From contig VBWA01000029.1 in the NCBI GenBank assembly GCA_006218025.1, positions 83,566-107,565 on the forward strand: a stretch of DNA of 24,000 bases, written 5' to 3'. Origin of the DNA: Rhodocyclaceae bacterium. Lineage in GTDB: Bacteria > Pseudomonadota > Gammaproteobacteria > Burkholderiales > Rhodocyclaceae. The stretch's first letter is position 1; each line of letters begins with the position of its first letter. The notes beneath the pieces are model-generated. The model saw nothing but the letters and a program-made list of their open reading frames with translations. It was not told the DNA's origin and did no database searches. The position numbers and the translations under genes are program-made. Positions 10,185-21,069 of the stretch are shown here, piece by piece.

Positions 10185-10627
10185 GTCAGTGCGATGCCGT
10201 GGTGGTGGAAGCTTCGGGCAATGAGGTCCTGGTTGAAGTCGCTGGGCGGGCTCCTGCCTGCGGCAGTTGTCAGACACAGGACGCCTGCCAGACCGGGCTG
10301 CTCGGCTTGAGCGCAGGGCCGCGCCGGTACCGGCTGGATAACGTGATTGGCGCCAGGGTCGGTGACCGCGTCAGCCTGGTCGTGGCGGATGGCACGCTCT
10401 GGAGCGCTTCACTGGCCTCCTATGGGCTGCCTGTTTTGCTGGCCATTGCGGGTGCCGCCATCGGGCAGTCGTCGGCGGGAGATCCCGGAGCTGTGGCGGG
10501 AACCCTGGCGGGCCTTGGCTGCGGCCTGGTCCTGCTGCGCCGCAAGGAAGTCCGTGTGCGGCACGACGCCAATCTATTTTCGTTGCAAGTTCAAACCAAG
10601 GAAGTACGTTTCAAGGAAAAATCATGA
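10181..10627 (+). CDS. rseC: RseC/MucC family sigma-E regulator
   Basis: 148 aa. N-terminal Cys motif CGSCQTQDAC followed by two TM helices. ATGA overlap with rseB. Confidence 0.8.
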   Translation: MSQCDAVVVEASGNEVLVEVAGRAPACGSCQTQDACQTGLLGLSAGPRRYRLDNVIGARVGDRVSLVVADGTLWSASLASYGLPVLLAIAGAAIGQSSAGDPGAVAGTLAGLGCGLVLLRRKEVRVRHDANLFSLQVQTKEVRFKEKS

Positions 10628-12057
10628 AGAAACTTCTCGTGTCTCTCGTAGTGGCCTTTTCCTCACTGCTTTCGCTTCAGGCGCAGGCTGCCGATCTGCC
10701 TGACTTCACCGAACTGGTCGAAAAGCAGGGTGCGACGGTCGTCAATATCAGCACCACCCAGATCATCAAGGGACGCCGTGGCGCCCACCCGTTTCAGTTC
10801 GACGGGGATGAAGCGATGCAGGAGTTCCTCCGCCGCTTTTTTCCCGGACAGATACCGGGTGTTCCGGGCGCGCCACAGGAGTTCAAGAATCGCTCGTTGG
10901 GATCAGGTTTCATCGTCAGCGCCGACGGTCACATTCTGACCAATGCCCATGTGGTCGATGGTGCGGACGAGGTACTGGTCAAGCTGACCGACAAGCGCGA
11001 GTTCAAGGCCAAGGTGCTGGGTGCCGACAAGCGCACCGACGTCGCGCTGATCAAGATCGAGGCCAGCAATCTGCCGGTGGCGAAACTCGGCGATTCGGCG
11101 AGGCTCAAGGTCGGCGAATGGGTCGTGGCGATCGGCTCGCCTTTCGGTTTCGAGAATACGGTTACGGCCGGCATCGTCAGTGCCAAGGGACGTTCGCTGG
11201 CCCACGAGAATTACGTCCCCTTCATCCAGACCGATGTGGCGATCAATCCGGGCAACTCCGGCGGACCGCTGTTCAATATGAAAGGCGAGGTGATCGGCAT
11301 CAACTCGCAGATCTATTCGCGTTCCGGTGGCTCCATGGGTCTGTCCTTTGCGATCCCGATCGATCTGGCAATGGAAATCCAGAGCCAGTTGCGGGCAAAG
11401 GGTAAGGTCAGTCGTGGACGCCTCGGTATCGGCATCCAGGAAGTCAGCAAGGATCTGGCGGAGTCCTTCGGTCTTGGCAAGCCGCAGGGTGCGCTGGTGG
11501 CATCGGTGGAGAAGGGGACGGCGGCTGACAAGGCCGGGATTGAAGTGGGCGACATCATTCTCAAGTTCGACGGCAAGAACGTGGCTGAATCCGGCGACTT
11601 GCCGCGCATGGTCGCCGCAACCCGGCCGGGCACCAAATCCGTCGTCCAGCTTTGGCGCAAGGGCGCGAGCCGCGAGGTGAGCGTGACCGTCGGCGAGATA
11701 CCCGATGATGAAGCTGGCGCGCGCACTGCCAGCCGCGGTGGCAAGCCAGGCGAGCCGGCGGCAGCCAATCGGCTCGGGCTGGTGTTGACCGTGCCGACGG
11801 CGGAGCAGAAGCGGACGCTGGGCATCCAGCACGGACTGATCGTCGAGGAAGTCAGGAATGGCGGCACGCGCACCGAACTGCGCTCCGGCGACATCATCCT
11901 GTCGGTGATCCTCAAGGGCAGCCAGACCGAGATCAAGTCGGTGTCGCAGTTCAACGACCTGCTGCAGGGGGTCGACAAGGGCGCCACGATTACCCTGCTG
12001 GTGAAGCGGGGCGATGCCCAGACTTTCGTCACCATCAAGGGCGTGTCTGAAAAATAG
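10624..12057 (+). CDS. degP: Periplasmic serine endoprotease DegP/MucD (S1C) with two PDZ domains
   Basis: 477 aa with a signal peptide. His in TNAHVV, Asp in DVALIK, Ser in GNSGGPL, then two PDZ-like segments. Confidence 0.92.
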   Translation: MKKLLVSLVVAFSSLLSLQAQAADLPDFTELVEKQGATVVNISTTQIIKGRRGAHPFQFDGDEAMQEFLRRFFPGQIPGVPGAPQEFKNRSLGSGFIVSADGHILTNAHVVDGADEVLVKLTDKREFKAKVLGADKRTDVALIKIEASNLPVAKLGDSARLKVGEWVVAIGSPFGFENTVTAGIVSAKGRSLAHENYVPFIQTDVAINPGNSGGPLFNMKGEVIGINSQIYSRSGGSMGLSFAIPIDLAMEIQSQLRAKGKVSRGRLGIGIQEVSKDLAESFGLGKPQGALVASVEKGTAADKAGIEVGDIILKFDGKNVAESGDLPRMVAATRPGTKSVVQLWRKGASREVSVTVGEIPDDEAGARTASRGGKPGEPAAANRLGLVLTVPTAEQKRTLGIQHGLIVEEVRNGGTRTELRSGDIILSVILKGSQTEIKSVSQFNDLLQGVDKGATITLLVKRGDAQTFVTIKGVSEK

Positions 12058-12079
12058 CCGGCAGGCGGGAGGGCCGGCA

Positions 12080-12331
12080 GTGCCGCTGACGCTGTTCAGC
12101 CGCGAATACTGCCACCTCTGCCACGACATGCTCGCTGCGCTGGAAACCCTGCGCGGCGAGCCCGGCGTGCCGCATTTCGACATCGTGGTGCTGGATGTCG
12201 ATGTCGATCCGGTGCTGGAAGCGAAATACAACGAACTGGTGCCGGTCTTGGTCGATGGCGAGGGCCACGAACTCTGCCACCACTTCCTCGATGCCGCGAA
12301 AGTGCGTGAGTATTTGGGTGCTTTAGGCTAA
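12080..12331 (+). CDS. Glutaredoxin-like small protein (DUF836-type, CxxC)
   Basis: GTG at 12080 avoids a 44-nt overlap with degP. VPLTLFSREYCHLCHD carries a CxxC motif at a thioredoxin-fold position, followed by ELVPVL. About 83 aa. Confidence 0.6.
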   Translation: MPLTLFSREYCHLCHDMLAALETLRGEPGVPHFDIVVLDVDVDPVLEAKYNELVPVLVDGEGHELCHHFLDAAKVREYLGALG

Positions 12332-12359
12332 AATCCGCCCCTTGCTTTAATGCCTCCAA

Positions 12360-12392
12360 GGTGCTCAACGGCTTGAATGAGCGCCTTTTTTT
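12360..12392 (+). terminator. Rho-independent terminator immediately upstream of lepA
   Basis: Stem GGTGCTCA (12360-12367) / TGAGCGCC (12378-12385), with one G-U pair at the RNA level, 10-nt loop, then TTTTTTT (12386-12392). The lepA ATG follows at 12402. Confidence 0.6.
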
Positions 12393-12401
12393 ATTGCCCC
12401 C

Positions 12402-14112
<1,711 letters not shown>

Positions 14113-14116
<4 letters not shown>

Positions 14117-14901
14117 ACTTTGCCCTGATTCTTTTCACACTCGTCGTCGCCACCGGCATCGTCTGGTGCTTCGATTATTTCTACGCCAGGAAGAAGCGCC
14201 CGGCCGACGCCAAGGACCCGTGGTGGGTCGAATACGGCGGCAGCTTTTTCCCCGTCATCCTCGCGGTATTTCTGCTGCGCTCCTTCCTCGTGGAGCCGTT
14301 CAAGATTCCTTCGGGCTCGATGATCCCGACCCTGCTGGTAGGCGATTTCATCCTGGTGAACAAGTACACCTACGGGGTGCGCCTGCCGGTGCTCAACAAG
14401 AAAATCGTCGAACTCAATTCGCCGCAGCGCGGCGACGTCGTGGTGTTCCGCTATCCGCCGGACCCGACGCTCGACTACATCAAGCGCGTGGTCGGCCTGC
14501 CGGGCGACAAGATCGTCTATCGCAACAAGAAGCTGACCATCAACGGCCAGGAAGTGGCGCAGAAGAAGACCGACGACTATCTCGATCGCGACCGGCTGTT
14601 CTATACGCCGCGCTTCGTTGAAACCCTGGGCAGCGTCGAACACCACATCCTGGTCGAACCCGACGCACCTCCCTTCGTTCAGCAAATTGTCCGCTTTCCG
14701 CACTCGGACAATTGTCACTACAATAGCGAAGGAGTCAGTTGCGAGGTGCCGCCCGGGCACTATTTCATGATGGGCGACAATCGCGACAATTCGCAGGACA
14801 GCCGTTTCTGGGGCTTCGTTCCTGACGAAAACCTGGTCGGCAAAGCGTTCTTCATCTGGTTCAATTTCAGCGATCTGAAACGGATCGGCTCGTTTCGCTA
14901 G
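14113..14901 (+). CDS. lepB: Signal peptidase I
   Basis: 262 aa. Catalytic Ser in [10 protein letters not shown], Lys in [11 protein letters not shown], and [11 protein letters not shown] box. The ATG overlaps the ancestral lepA stop (ATGA). Confidence 0.93.
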
Positions 14902-14909
14902 GGGGTAGC

Positions 14910-15269
14910 ATGAAACTTCAGCGTGGTCTCAGCCTGAACACACTCTTGGTCGGCAGCGCGGCTTTAGCCGTGGTAGCACTGTTCGGGATGAAGGCAGTAC
15001 CGCCCTGGATCGAGTACGGCAATGCCGTCAAGGCGATCAAGGGGACCGCTGCCGACAGCAGCCTCAAGGAAGCTTCGGTGAAGCAGGTGCGTGATGCCTA
15101 TGGCAGGCGTGCCGACATGGACGATGTCAAGAGCGTCAGTCCTCAGGATCTGGAAATCACCAAGGACGGCGGCGAACTGGTGATCTCGTTTGCCTATGTG
15201 AAAAAGGTGCCCTTGTTCGGCAACGCCAGCCTGGTATTCGATTTCGAGGCCAGCAGCGCCAAACAATGA
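14910..15269 (+). CDS. DUF4845 family small membrane-anchored protein
   Basis: 119 aa with an N-terminal hydrophobic anchor. It occupies the conserved slot between lepB and rnc, as PA0769 does in Pseudomonas. Confidence 0.65.
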   Translation: MKLQRGLSLNTLLVGSAALAVVALFGMKAVPPWIEYGNAVKAIKGTAADSSLKEASVKQVRDAYGRRADMDDVKSVSPQDLEITKDGGELVISFAYVKKVPLFGNASLVFDFEASSAKQ

Positions 15270-15934
15270 AGCCGCAGCGTCTCGAGGCTGCGCTCGGGCA
15301 CGGCTTCGGCCGGCCGGAGTTGCTGTGCCAGGCGCTCACCCATCGCAGTTTCGGTTCTCCCCACAACGAACGTCTTGAGTTCCTCGGCGACTCGGTGCTC
15401 AATTGCGCCATCGCCGGATATCTCTACCGGCGTTTTGCCGGTCTCAAGGAGGGTGAGCTTTCCCGCTTGCGCGCCAGCCTGGTCAGGCAGGAAGCCCTGG
15501 CCGACATCGCCCGCGGCCTGGCGCTCGGCGACTTGCTCCACCTCGGCGAAGGCGAGCTGAAGAGCGGCGGCAGCCGGCGTCCTTCGATTCTTGCCGATGC
15601 GCTGGAGGCGATTTTCGGCGCGATTTATGTCGACGCCGGTTTCGATGCGGCGCGTTCCGTCATCGAGCGATTGTATGAGCCGGCCATGAACCGCATCGAT
15701 CCCACCGACCCCGGCAAGGACCCGAAAACCGCGCTGCAGGAAGTCCTGCAGGGACGACATCTGCCCCTGCCGCGCTATGCCATGCTCGCTACGCACGGAG
15801 AGGCGCACGCCCAGCAGTTCGAAGTCGAATGCGTCATCGAGGAACTGGGCATCCGCAGCACGGGCACCGGCGCCAGCCGGCGCATTGCCGAACAGCTGGC
15901 CGCGCAGCGGGCCATAGCAGAGATCAAGCCATGA
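15266..15934 (+). CDS. rnc: Ribonuclease III
   Basis: 222 aa. RNase III signature [11 protein letters not shown], plus a C-terminal dsRBD. Confidence 0.95.
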   Translation: MKPQRLEAALGHGFGRPELLCQALTHRSFGSPHNERLEFLGDSVLNCAIAGYLYRRFAGLKEGELSRLRASLVRQEALADIARGLALGDLLHLGEGELKSGGSRRPSILADALEAIFGAIYVDAGFDAARSVIERLYEPAMNRIDPTDPGKDPKTALQEVLQGRHLPLPRYAMLATHGEAHAQQFEVECVIEELGIRSTGTGASRRIAEQLAAQRAIAEIKP

Positions 15935-16818
15935 ATCCAGTATTTCGCACCGGTTACCTTGCGGTCATCGGCCGCCCCAATGTCGGCAAATCGACCCTGA
16001 CCAATCGTCTGGTCGGCGCCAAGGTCAGCATCACCTCGAAGAAGGCGCAGACCACCCGGCATCGCATTCACGGCGTGCTGACCACCGACGATGCCCAGTT
16101 CATTTTCGTCGATACGCCGGGCTTTCAGATGACGCACAAGAATGCGCTCAATCGCCTGATGAACCGCAGCGTGACCTCGACCTTCGCCGATGTCGATGTG
16201 ATCCTGCTGGTGGTCGAAGCCGGCAACTGGGGCAATGGCGAAAGTGAAATCCTGCGCATGCTGCCGGCCGGCACGCCGGTGGTGCTGGTGATCAACAAGA
16301 TCGACCGGATGGCCGACAAGGCCGAGCTGCTGCCCTTCATCGCCAAGGTTTCCGCGCTGCACGAGTTCGCCGACCTGATCCCGGTGTCTGCCGAGAAAGG
16401 CCTCGGCACCAAGGAATTGCTGGCCACCGTCGCCCGCTACCTGCCCGAGGCGCCGCCGGTGTTCGATGCCGACGACATTACCGATCGTTCCGAGCGATTC
16501 ATGGCCTCCGAGATCCTGCGCGAAAAGCTGTTCCGCAACCTGGGCGAGGAACTGCCCTACGGCATCGCCGTCGAAATCGAGAAGTTCGAACAGGAAGGCG
16601 ATCTGCGCCGCATCCACGCGGCGGTGATCGTCGACCGGGCGGGGCACCGGGCCATCGTCATCGGCAAGGGCGGCGAACGGATGAAGCGCATCTCGACCGA
16701 CGCACGCAAGGAAATGGAAACCCTGTTCGGCGGCAAGGTCTGGCTCGAGACCTGGGTCAAGGTCAAGGGCGGCTGGGCCGACGACGAGCGGGCGTTGAAG
16801 AGTTTGGGATACGACTAG
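15931..16818 (+). CDS. era: GTPase Era
   Basis: I place the start at ATG 15931 (ATGA overlap with the rnc stop); the track ORF starts earlier, at 15829. Motifs [17 protein letters not shown] and a C-terminal KH domain. Confidence 0.95.
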   Translation: MNPVFRTGYLAVIGRPNVGKSTLTNRLVGAKVSITSKKAQTTRHRIHGVLTTDDAQFIFVDTPGFQMTHKNALNRLMNRSVTSTFADVDVILLVVEAGNWGNGESEILRMLPAGTPVVLVINKIDRMADKAELLPFIAKVSALHEFADLIPVSAEKGLGTKELLATVARYLPEAPPVFDADDITDRSERFMASEILREKLFRNLGEELPYGIAVEIEKFEQEGDLRRIHAAVIVDRAGHRAIVIGKGGERMKRISTDARKEMETLFGGKVWLETWVKVKGGWADDERALKSLGYD

Positions 16819-16830
16819 GGTCTGCTGACC

Positions 16831-17547
16831 GTGAGCAAGCGCGTCGACGGGCAGGCGGCCTACGTCCTGCACCTGCATCCCTACAGCGAGACCAGCCTCG
16901 TGGTCGACGTGTTCACCCGCGATCATGGCCGCGTGCCGCTGCTGGCGCGCGGTGCCAGGCGGCCGCGCTCGGCCATGCGCGGAATGTTGATGTCCTTTCA
17001 GCCGCTGGAGCTGGGCTGGTTCGGCGGCGGCGAGGTCAAGACTCTGGCCCGCGCCGAATGGCTGGGCGGCATGCCGCTGCTGGGCGGGCGCTGCCTGCTG
17101 CTCGGTTACTACCTCAACGAACTGTTGCTGAAAATGCTGCCGCGCGAGGACGCCCACAGCGCGCTGTTCGACGCCTATGCCTCAGCCTTGCGCGCGCTGG
17201 CCGCGGGCGGCGCCGACGCACCGGAGCTGCGCCGCTTTGAGAAAACCCTGCTGAAGGAACTCGGCTACGGCTTGACGCTCGATGTCGACATGGACAGCGG
17301 CCAGCCGGTCGTGGCGGAGGGCGAATACACCTACCTGATCGAACGCGGCCCGGTGGCAAGAAGAGTCGGCGATGGCGACACGGCGGTAGTATGCGGTCAG
17401 ACCCTGCTCGACATGGCGGCAGACGATTATGCCAATCCGCGCACGCGGGTTGAGAGCAGACACCTGATGCGGCAGTTGATCGCCCATCACTTGGGCGGCA
17501 AACCGCTGCAATCGCGGCGGGTTTTCATGGAGTTACAGGAACTATGA
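16831..17547 (+). CDS. recO: DNA repair protein RecO
   Basis: 238 aa, GTG start. N-terminal AYVLHLHPYSETSLVVDVFTRDHGR is RecO-like. Synteny era-recO-pdxJ. Confidence 0.88.
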   Translation: MSKRVDGQAAYVLHLHPYSETSLVVDVFTRDHGRVPLLARGARRPRSAMRGMLMSFQPLELGWFGGGEVKTLARAEWLGGMPLLGGRCLLLGYYLNELLLKMLPREDAHSALFDAYASALRALAAGGADAPELRRFEKTLLKELGYGLTLDVDMDSGQPVVAEGEYTYLIERGPVARRVGDGDTAVVCGQTLLDMAADDYANPRTRVESRHLMRQLIAHHLGGKPLQSRRVFMELQEL

Positions 17548-18293
17548 TCGAACTCGGCGTCAACATTGACCACGTAGCGACGGTGCGCGAAGCGCGCAAG
17601 ATCCACGAACCCGATCCGGTCTGGGCGGCCGTCGAAGCGCACCTGGGCGGCGCCGACGGCATCACCGTGCATTTGCGCGAAGACCGTCGCCACATCCAGG
17701 ACCGCGACGTGCGGCGCCTGCGCGAGCTGACCCACATCAAGCTCAATCTCGAAATGGCAGCCACCGAGGAGATGGTCGGCATTGCCTGCCAGATCAAGCC
17801 CGAGATGGCCATGCTGGTGCCCGAGGGCCGGCACGAGATCACCACGGAGGGCGGGCTCGACGTCGCCGGGCAGGAAGCGCGCCTGCGCGAGGTAGTGGCG
17901 CGGCTCTCCCACGAGGGCATCGTCACCAGCGCCTTCATCGACGCCGAACTGCCGCAGGTGGAAGCTGCCGCCCGCATCGGCGTGCGCGTCTGCGAAATCC
18001 ACACCGGGCCCTACGCGCATGCCTTCTACGCCCACGGCCGCGACGCCGAAAGCCCGCCGGTGGTTGCCGAACTGGACAAGATTCGCATCGCCGGCAGGGC
18101 GATTCGCGACGCCGGCATGCGCTTCAATGCCGGCCACGCGCTGAACTACTTCAACGTGCAGCCGGTGGCGGCCCTGCCCGGAATCCGCGAGCTGCACATC
18201 GGCCACGCCATCGTCAGCCGCGCGATATTCGTCGGCATGCGCGAAGCCGTGGCGGAAATGAAGCGCCTCATGCGCGAAGCGCAGTGCCAATGA
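17544..18293 (+). CDS. pdxJ: Pyridoxine 5'-phosphate synthase
   Basis: 249 aa. LGVNIDHVATVR and ITVHLREDRRHI signatures. Confidence 0.95.
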   Translation: MIELGVNIDHVATVREARKIHEPDPVWAAVEAHLGGADGITVHLREDRRHIQDRDVRRLRELTHIKLNLEMAATEEMVGIACQIKPEMAMLVPEGRHEITTEGGLDVAGQEARLREVVARLSHEGIVTSAFIDAELPQVEAAARIGVRVCEIHTGPYAHAFYAHGRDAESPPVVAELDKIRIAGRAIRDAGMRFNAGHALNYFNVQPVAALPGIRELHIGHAIVSRAIFVGMREAVAEMKRLMREAQCQ

Positions 18294-18667
18294 TCTTTGG
18301 CATCGGTACCGACATCGTTGCCGTGAAGCGCATGGCCGACTACTGGCAGCGCCACGGCGAGCGCGGGCTGGAGAAGATGCTGGCGCCCGACGAGCGCGAG
18401 GCCTGCCGCAGCAGCCTCGATCCGGCGCGCTTCCTCGCCAAGCGCTTCGCCGCCAAGGAGGCGCTGGGCAAGGCGCTGGGCACCGGCGTGCGATCCCCCG
18501 TGCTGCTGCCCGACATCGCCGTCGAGCACGATGAGCTCGGCAAGCCGAGTTTCGTTTTCGCGCCGCCGCTCGCCACCTATCTTGCCGAACGCTGGCTGAC
18601 CGCCCACCTTTCCATCAGCGACGAGCAGGATTACGCCGTCGCCTTCGTCATTCTGGAGAAGCCATGA
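18290..18667 (+). CDS. acpS: Holo-ACP synthase
   Basis: ATG 18290 (ATGA overlap with the pdxJ stop) gives MIFGIGTDIV, the canonical AcpS N-terminus. The track's GTG at 18284 is an alternative. FAAKEALGKALGTG motif. Confidence 0.9.
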   Translation: MIFGIGTDIVAVKRMADYWQRHGERGLEKMLAPDEREACRSSLDPARFLAKRFAAKEALGKALGTGVRSPVLLPDIAVEHDELGKPSFVFAPPLATYLAERWLTAHLSISDEQDYAVAFVILEKP

Positions 18668-19668
18668 AAACCCTGCCGCTCGGCCCGCTGATGATCGACG
18701 TCGCCGGACTTGAACTCTCCGACCTCGACCGCGAACGCCTGGCGCATCCGCTGGTCGGCGGCGTGATCCTGTTCAAGCGCAACTACCGCGAGACGCAGCA
18801 ACTTGCTGCGTTGTGCGCGGCGATTCATGCCCTGCGTTCGCCGGCACTGCCGATCGCCATCGACCACGAAGGCGGGCGCGTGCAGCGCTGCCGCGAGGGC
18901 TTCACCCATGTCCCGCCGATGCGCAGCCTCGGCAAATTGTGGGATCGCGATGCGGCCGCCGCGCGCGCAGCGGCTGCCGACGTCGGTTACCTGTTGGCCG
19001 CCGAACTGCGCGCCTGCGGCGTCGATCTTTCCTTCACCCCGGTGCTCGATCTCGACTGGGGCCCCAGCGGCGTCATCGGCGATCGAGCCTTCCACCGCGA
19101 TCCGGTGGCGGTGACCGAACTGGCAGGCGCCCTGATCGACGGCTTGCGGGCGGCCGGCATGGGTTGCTGCGGCAAGCACTTCCCCGGCCACGGCTGGGTC
19201 GCGGCCGACTCGCACCTCGCGATCCCGGTCGACGAACGCAGCCTGGCCGAGATGGCGCCCGACCTCGAACCCTACCGCCGCCTCAGACTCGACGGCGTGA
19301 TGCCGGCGCATGTGATCTACCCGCAGGTCGACAGCCGCCCCGCCGGTTTCTCGCCGGTCTGGCTGGAAAAGCTGCGCAAGGAATTCGCCTTCGACGGCGT
19401 CATCTTCAGCGACGACCTGTCGATGGAAGGGGCCAGCTTCGCCGGCGACATGGTCCACCGCGTAGATGCTGCCTGGGCCGCGGGCTGCGACATGTTGCTG
19501 ATCTGCAATGACCCGGATGCGGTAGCCCAGGTACTGGACAACTGGAAGCCGGCAGCCGATCCGGTGCGTTCGGCGCGGCTGGCGCGGCTATCGCCAACCG
19601 ACCGCTGGCAGCAGGATGCCGCGCGTTATGCGGCGGGCAAGGCGGCGGTGGAGAGTCTCACGGCCTGA
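18664..19668 (+). CDS. nagZ: Beta-N-acetylhexosaminidase NagZ (GH3)
   Basis: 334 aa. IDHEGGRVQR and KHFPGHG motifs. ATGA overlap with acpS. Confidence 0.92.
   Translation: MKTLPLGPLMIDVAGLELSDLDRERLAHPLVGGVILFKRNYRETQQLAALCAAIHALRSPALPIAIDHEGGRVQRCREGFTHVPPMRSLGKLWDRDAAAARAAAADVGYLLAAELRACGVDLSFTPVLDLDWGPSGVIGDRAFHRDPVAVTELAGALIDGLRAAGMGCCGKHFPGHGWVAADSHLAIPVDERSLAEMAPDLEPYRRLRLDGVMPAHVIYPQVDSRPAGFSPVWLEKLRKEFAFDGVIFSDDLSMEGASFAGDMVHRVDAAWAAGCDMLLICNDPDAVAQVLDNWKPAADPVRSARLARLSPTDRWQQDAARYAAGKAAVESLTA
19615..19668 (+). repeat. Direct repeat E1: the functional 3' end of nagZ
   Basis: By hand alignment, 48 of 54 nt are identical to 20350-20403. The last 28 nt, including the TGA, are identical: GGCGGCGGTGGAGAGTCTCACGGCCTGA. 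Confidence 0.9.
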
Positions 19669-19678
19669 GATTCGGGTT

Positions 19679-19731
19679 GCAGGAGTCGGCGCCGGCGGGA
19701 CGGCGAACGGCAGCAAATTGATGCTGGCCCC
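19679..19731 (+). repeat. Direct repeat P1: sequence just downstream of nagZ
   Basis: GCAGGAGTCGGCGC...GGACGGCGA...TTGATG...CCCC recurs at 21070-21111. Shared blocks are 14, 9 and 6 nt identical, with a 10-nt indel. Confidence 0.8.
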
Positions 19732-19768
19732 TCCAGCTCAGATGGGTTGGACGTCTGCGTCGTGACAG

Positions 19769-19808
19769 TGGACAAGCGGCCGCTGTAGATGTACAGTAAC
19801 GCGTACAT
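19769..19808 (+). promoter_or_regulatory. Putative yefM-yoeB promoter with GTAC-core operator
   Basis: TGGACA (19769-19774)-N17-TACAGT (19792-19797). The inverted repeat ATGTAC-N8-GTACAT (19789-19808) contains TGTACA, the core of the E. coli YefM operator. AGGAG RBS at 19812-19816. Confidence 0.5.
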
Positions 19809-19823
19809 ATCAGGAGCCCCGCC

Positions 19824-20075
19824 ATGGATGCAATTACCTACACTACTGTTCGTGCAAACCTCGCCAGCGCAATGGACCGCGTTTGCGACGACCATGAAGC
19901 GCTGATCATCACTCGCAACGGAGAACAGTCCGTCGTGATGCTCTCGCTCGAAGACTACAAGGCGTTGGAAGAAACCGCCTACCTCCTACGCACGCCGGCG
20001 AATGCCAGGCGTCTTCTGTCGGCCGCTGCACAACTGAACGCCGGCAAGGGTGTCGAGCGGAAGCTGGCCAAGTGA
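19824..20075 (+). CDS. yefM: Type II antitoxin YefM (Phd/YefM family)
   Basis: 83 aa. ITYTTVRANLASAMDRVCDDHEALIITRNGEQSVVMLSLEDYKALEETAYLL is a classic YefM fold sequence. The stop overlaps the toxin start (GTGA). Confidence 0.9.
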   Translation: MDAITYTTVRANLASAMDRVCDDHEALIITRNGEQSVVMLSLEDYKALEETAYLLRTPANARRLLSAAAQLNAGKGVERKLAK

Positions 20076-20326
20076 AGCTGGTTTTCGCCGACGAGGCATG
20101 GGAAGATTACCTGTATTGGCAGAAGCAGGACAAGCGCATGGTGGAGCGAATCAACAAGTTGATTCGCGAGACACAGCGCGAGTCCTTCACCGGCGTCGGC
20201 AAACCGGAACCGTTGAAGCATGCACTTTCAGGATTCTGGTCGCGCCGGATAACCGATGAGCATCGCATGGTCTATCGCGTCGAGAATGATGCGCTGATGA
20301 TCGCTCAGTTGCGGTTTCATTACTGA
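20072..20326 (+). CDS. yoeB: Type II toxin YoeB (ribosome-dependent mRNA interferase)
   Basis: 84 aa. MKLVFADEAWEDYLYWQKQDKR...GKPEPLKHALSGFWSRRITDEHRMVYRV...LRFHY is nearly collinear with E. coli YoeB. Confidence 0.93.
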   Translation: MKLVFADEAWEDYLYWQKQDKRMVERINKLIRETQRESFTGVGKPEPLKHALSGFWSRRITDEHRMVYRVENDALMIAQLRFHY

Positions 20327-20349
20327 GACGCCCGAGGTGCAAGGCGCCG

Positions 20350-20403
20350 GAAGCCATGCGCTATGCGGCCGGCAGGGCGGCGGTGGAGAGTCTCACGGCC
20401 TGA
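20350..20403 (+). repeat. Direct repeat E2: displaced non-functional copy of the nagZ 3' end
   Basis: Encodes EAMRYAAGRAAVESLTA*, against DAARYAAGKAAVESLTA* at the real nagZ end. There is no upstream nagZ body. Weak similarity may extend about 20 nt further upstream. Confidence 0.9.
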
Positions 20404-20404
20404 T

Positions 20405-20707
20405 TCATCGTGCCACCTGCGCCACCAGTTTGACGCCAAGCGCCGCGCAGACGCGATTGATGCAATCGAAACGCGGCTGTGCATCTGGGCGCAAGGCCTT
20501 GTACAGCGCCTCGCGGGTGATGCCGGATGCCTTGGCAATCTCGCTCATGCCACGGGCGCGCGCGATGTCGCCCAGCGCCGCCGCCAGTAAGGCAGGATCG
20601 TTTTCTTCAAGAATCACGGTCAGGTACTCGGCCATCGCCTGATCGCTATCGAGATGTTCGGAGAAATCAAAATCGGGCAGATCGGCAATGCTGATTTTCT
20701 TGGTCAT
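20405..20707 (-). CDS. HigA-family addiction-module antidote protein (XRE HTH)
   Basis: 100 aa. LAAALGDIARARGMSEIAKASGITREALYKALRPDAQPRFDCINRVCAALGVKL matches the putative addiction module antidote family that partners Gp49/HigB-like killers. The ATG lies 3 nt after the toxin stop. Confidence 0.85.
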   Translation of the reverse strand: MTKKISIADLPDFDFSEHLDSDQAMAEYLTVILEENDPALLAAALGDIARARGMSEIAKASGITREALYKALRPDAQPRFDCINRVCAALGVKLVAQVAR

Positions 20708-20710
20708 GGA

Positions 20711-21006
20711 TCACTCCTCGATGGTCGCCGCCAGTTTCACGGCATGGGCAATGTCGGCGGCCTGTTTCGATTTGTCGCCGCCGCCCAGCATCACAATCAG
20801 CGTCACGCCGCGCTGCGCGTAGTACATGCGCCAGCCCGGGCCGAAATGTTCCCGCATTTCGAACACGCCTACACCCACCGGCTTCACGTCACCCAGATTA
20901 CCCAGTGCGGCCTTACGCAACCGGTCCAGCAGGCTGTATGCGTCATGCCATCCTTGAGGCCGTGCAACCATGCGTTGAATTCGTCTGTCCGCTTGACTGA
21001 AAACAT
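20711..21006 (-). pseudogene. HigB/Gp49-like addiction-module killer protein, frameshifted
   Basis: The C-terminal 86 codons (20711-20971) read ...LGNLGDVKPVGVGVFEMREHFGPGWRMYYAQRGVTLIVMLGGGDKSKQAADI, which is the family signature. The family-typical N-terminus MFSVKRTDEFNAWLHGLKDG starts at 21006 in another frame. The span is 296 nt, one short of 3n. The frames switch near 20944-20947. Confidence 0.7.
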
Positions 21007-21012
21007 AAGCAG

Positions 21013-21041
21013 GGTGTAATCGAACGATTACATCATGTCAA
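21013..21041 (-). promoter_or_regulatory. Putative higBA promoter and operator
   Basis: Minus strand reads TTGACA (21041-21036)-N17-TACACC (21018-21013). The palindrome GTAATCG-nn-CGATTAC (21016-21031) fills the spacer. Only 6 nt separate the -10 box from the ATG at 21006, which suggests a near-leaderless transcript. Confidence 0.45.
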
Positions 21042-21069
21042 TTCAGTCGCATGGCTACTCACCACCTCT

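Noticed and set aside
10903-12231. 442-aa antisense ORF opposite degP. Also the 460-aa ORF (15775-17157) opposite era/recO and the 267-275-aa ORFs opposite pdxJ and nagZ.
   Set aside because: Same shadow-ORF reasoning. They show no motifs and low-complexity composition, and they fully overlap well-supported genes.
19746-19752. GTTGGAC (fits GTTRRRY) upstream of yefM, and GCCCAAC at 21649-21655, as further attC boxes
   Set aside because: I could not find a complementary partner box at a plausible distance for either. Isolated 7-mers are expected by chance in 24 kb.
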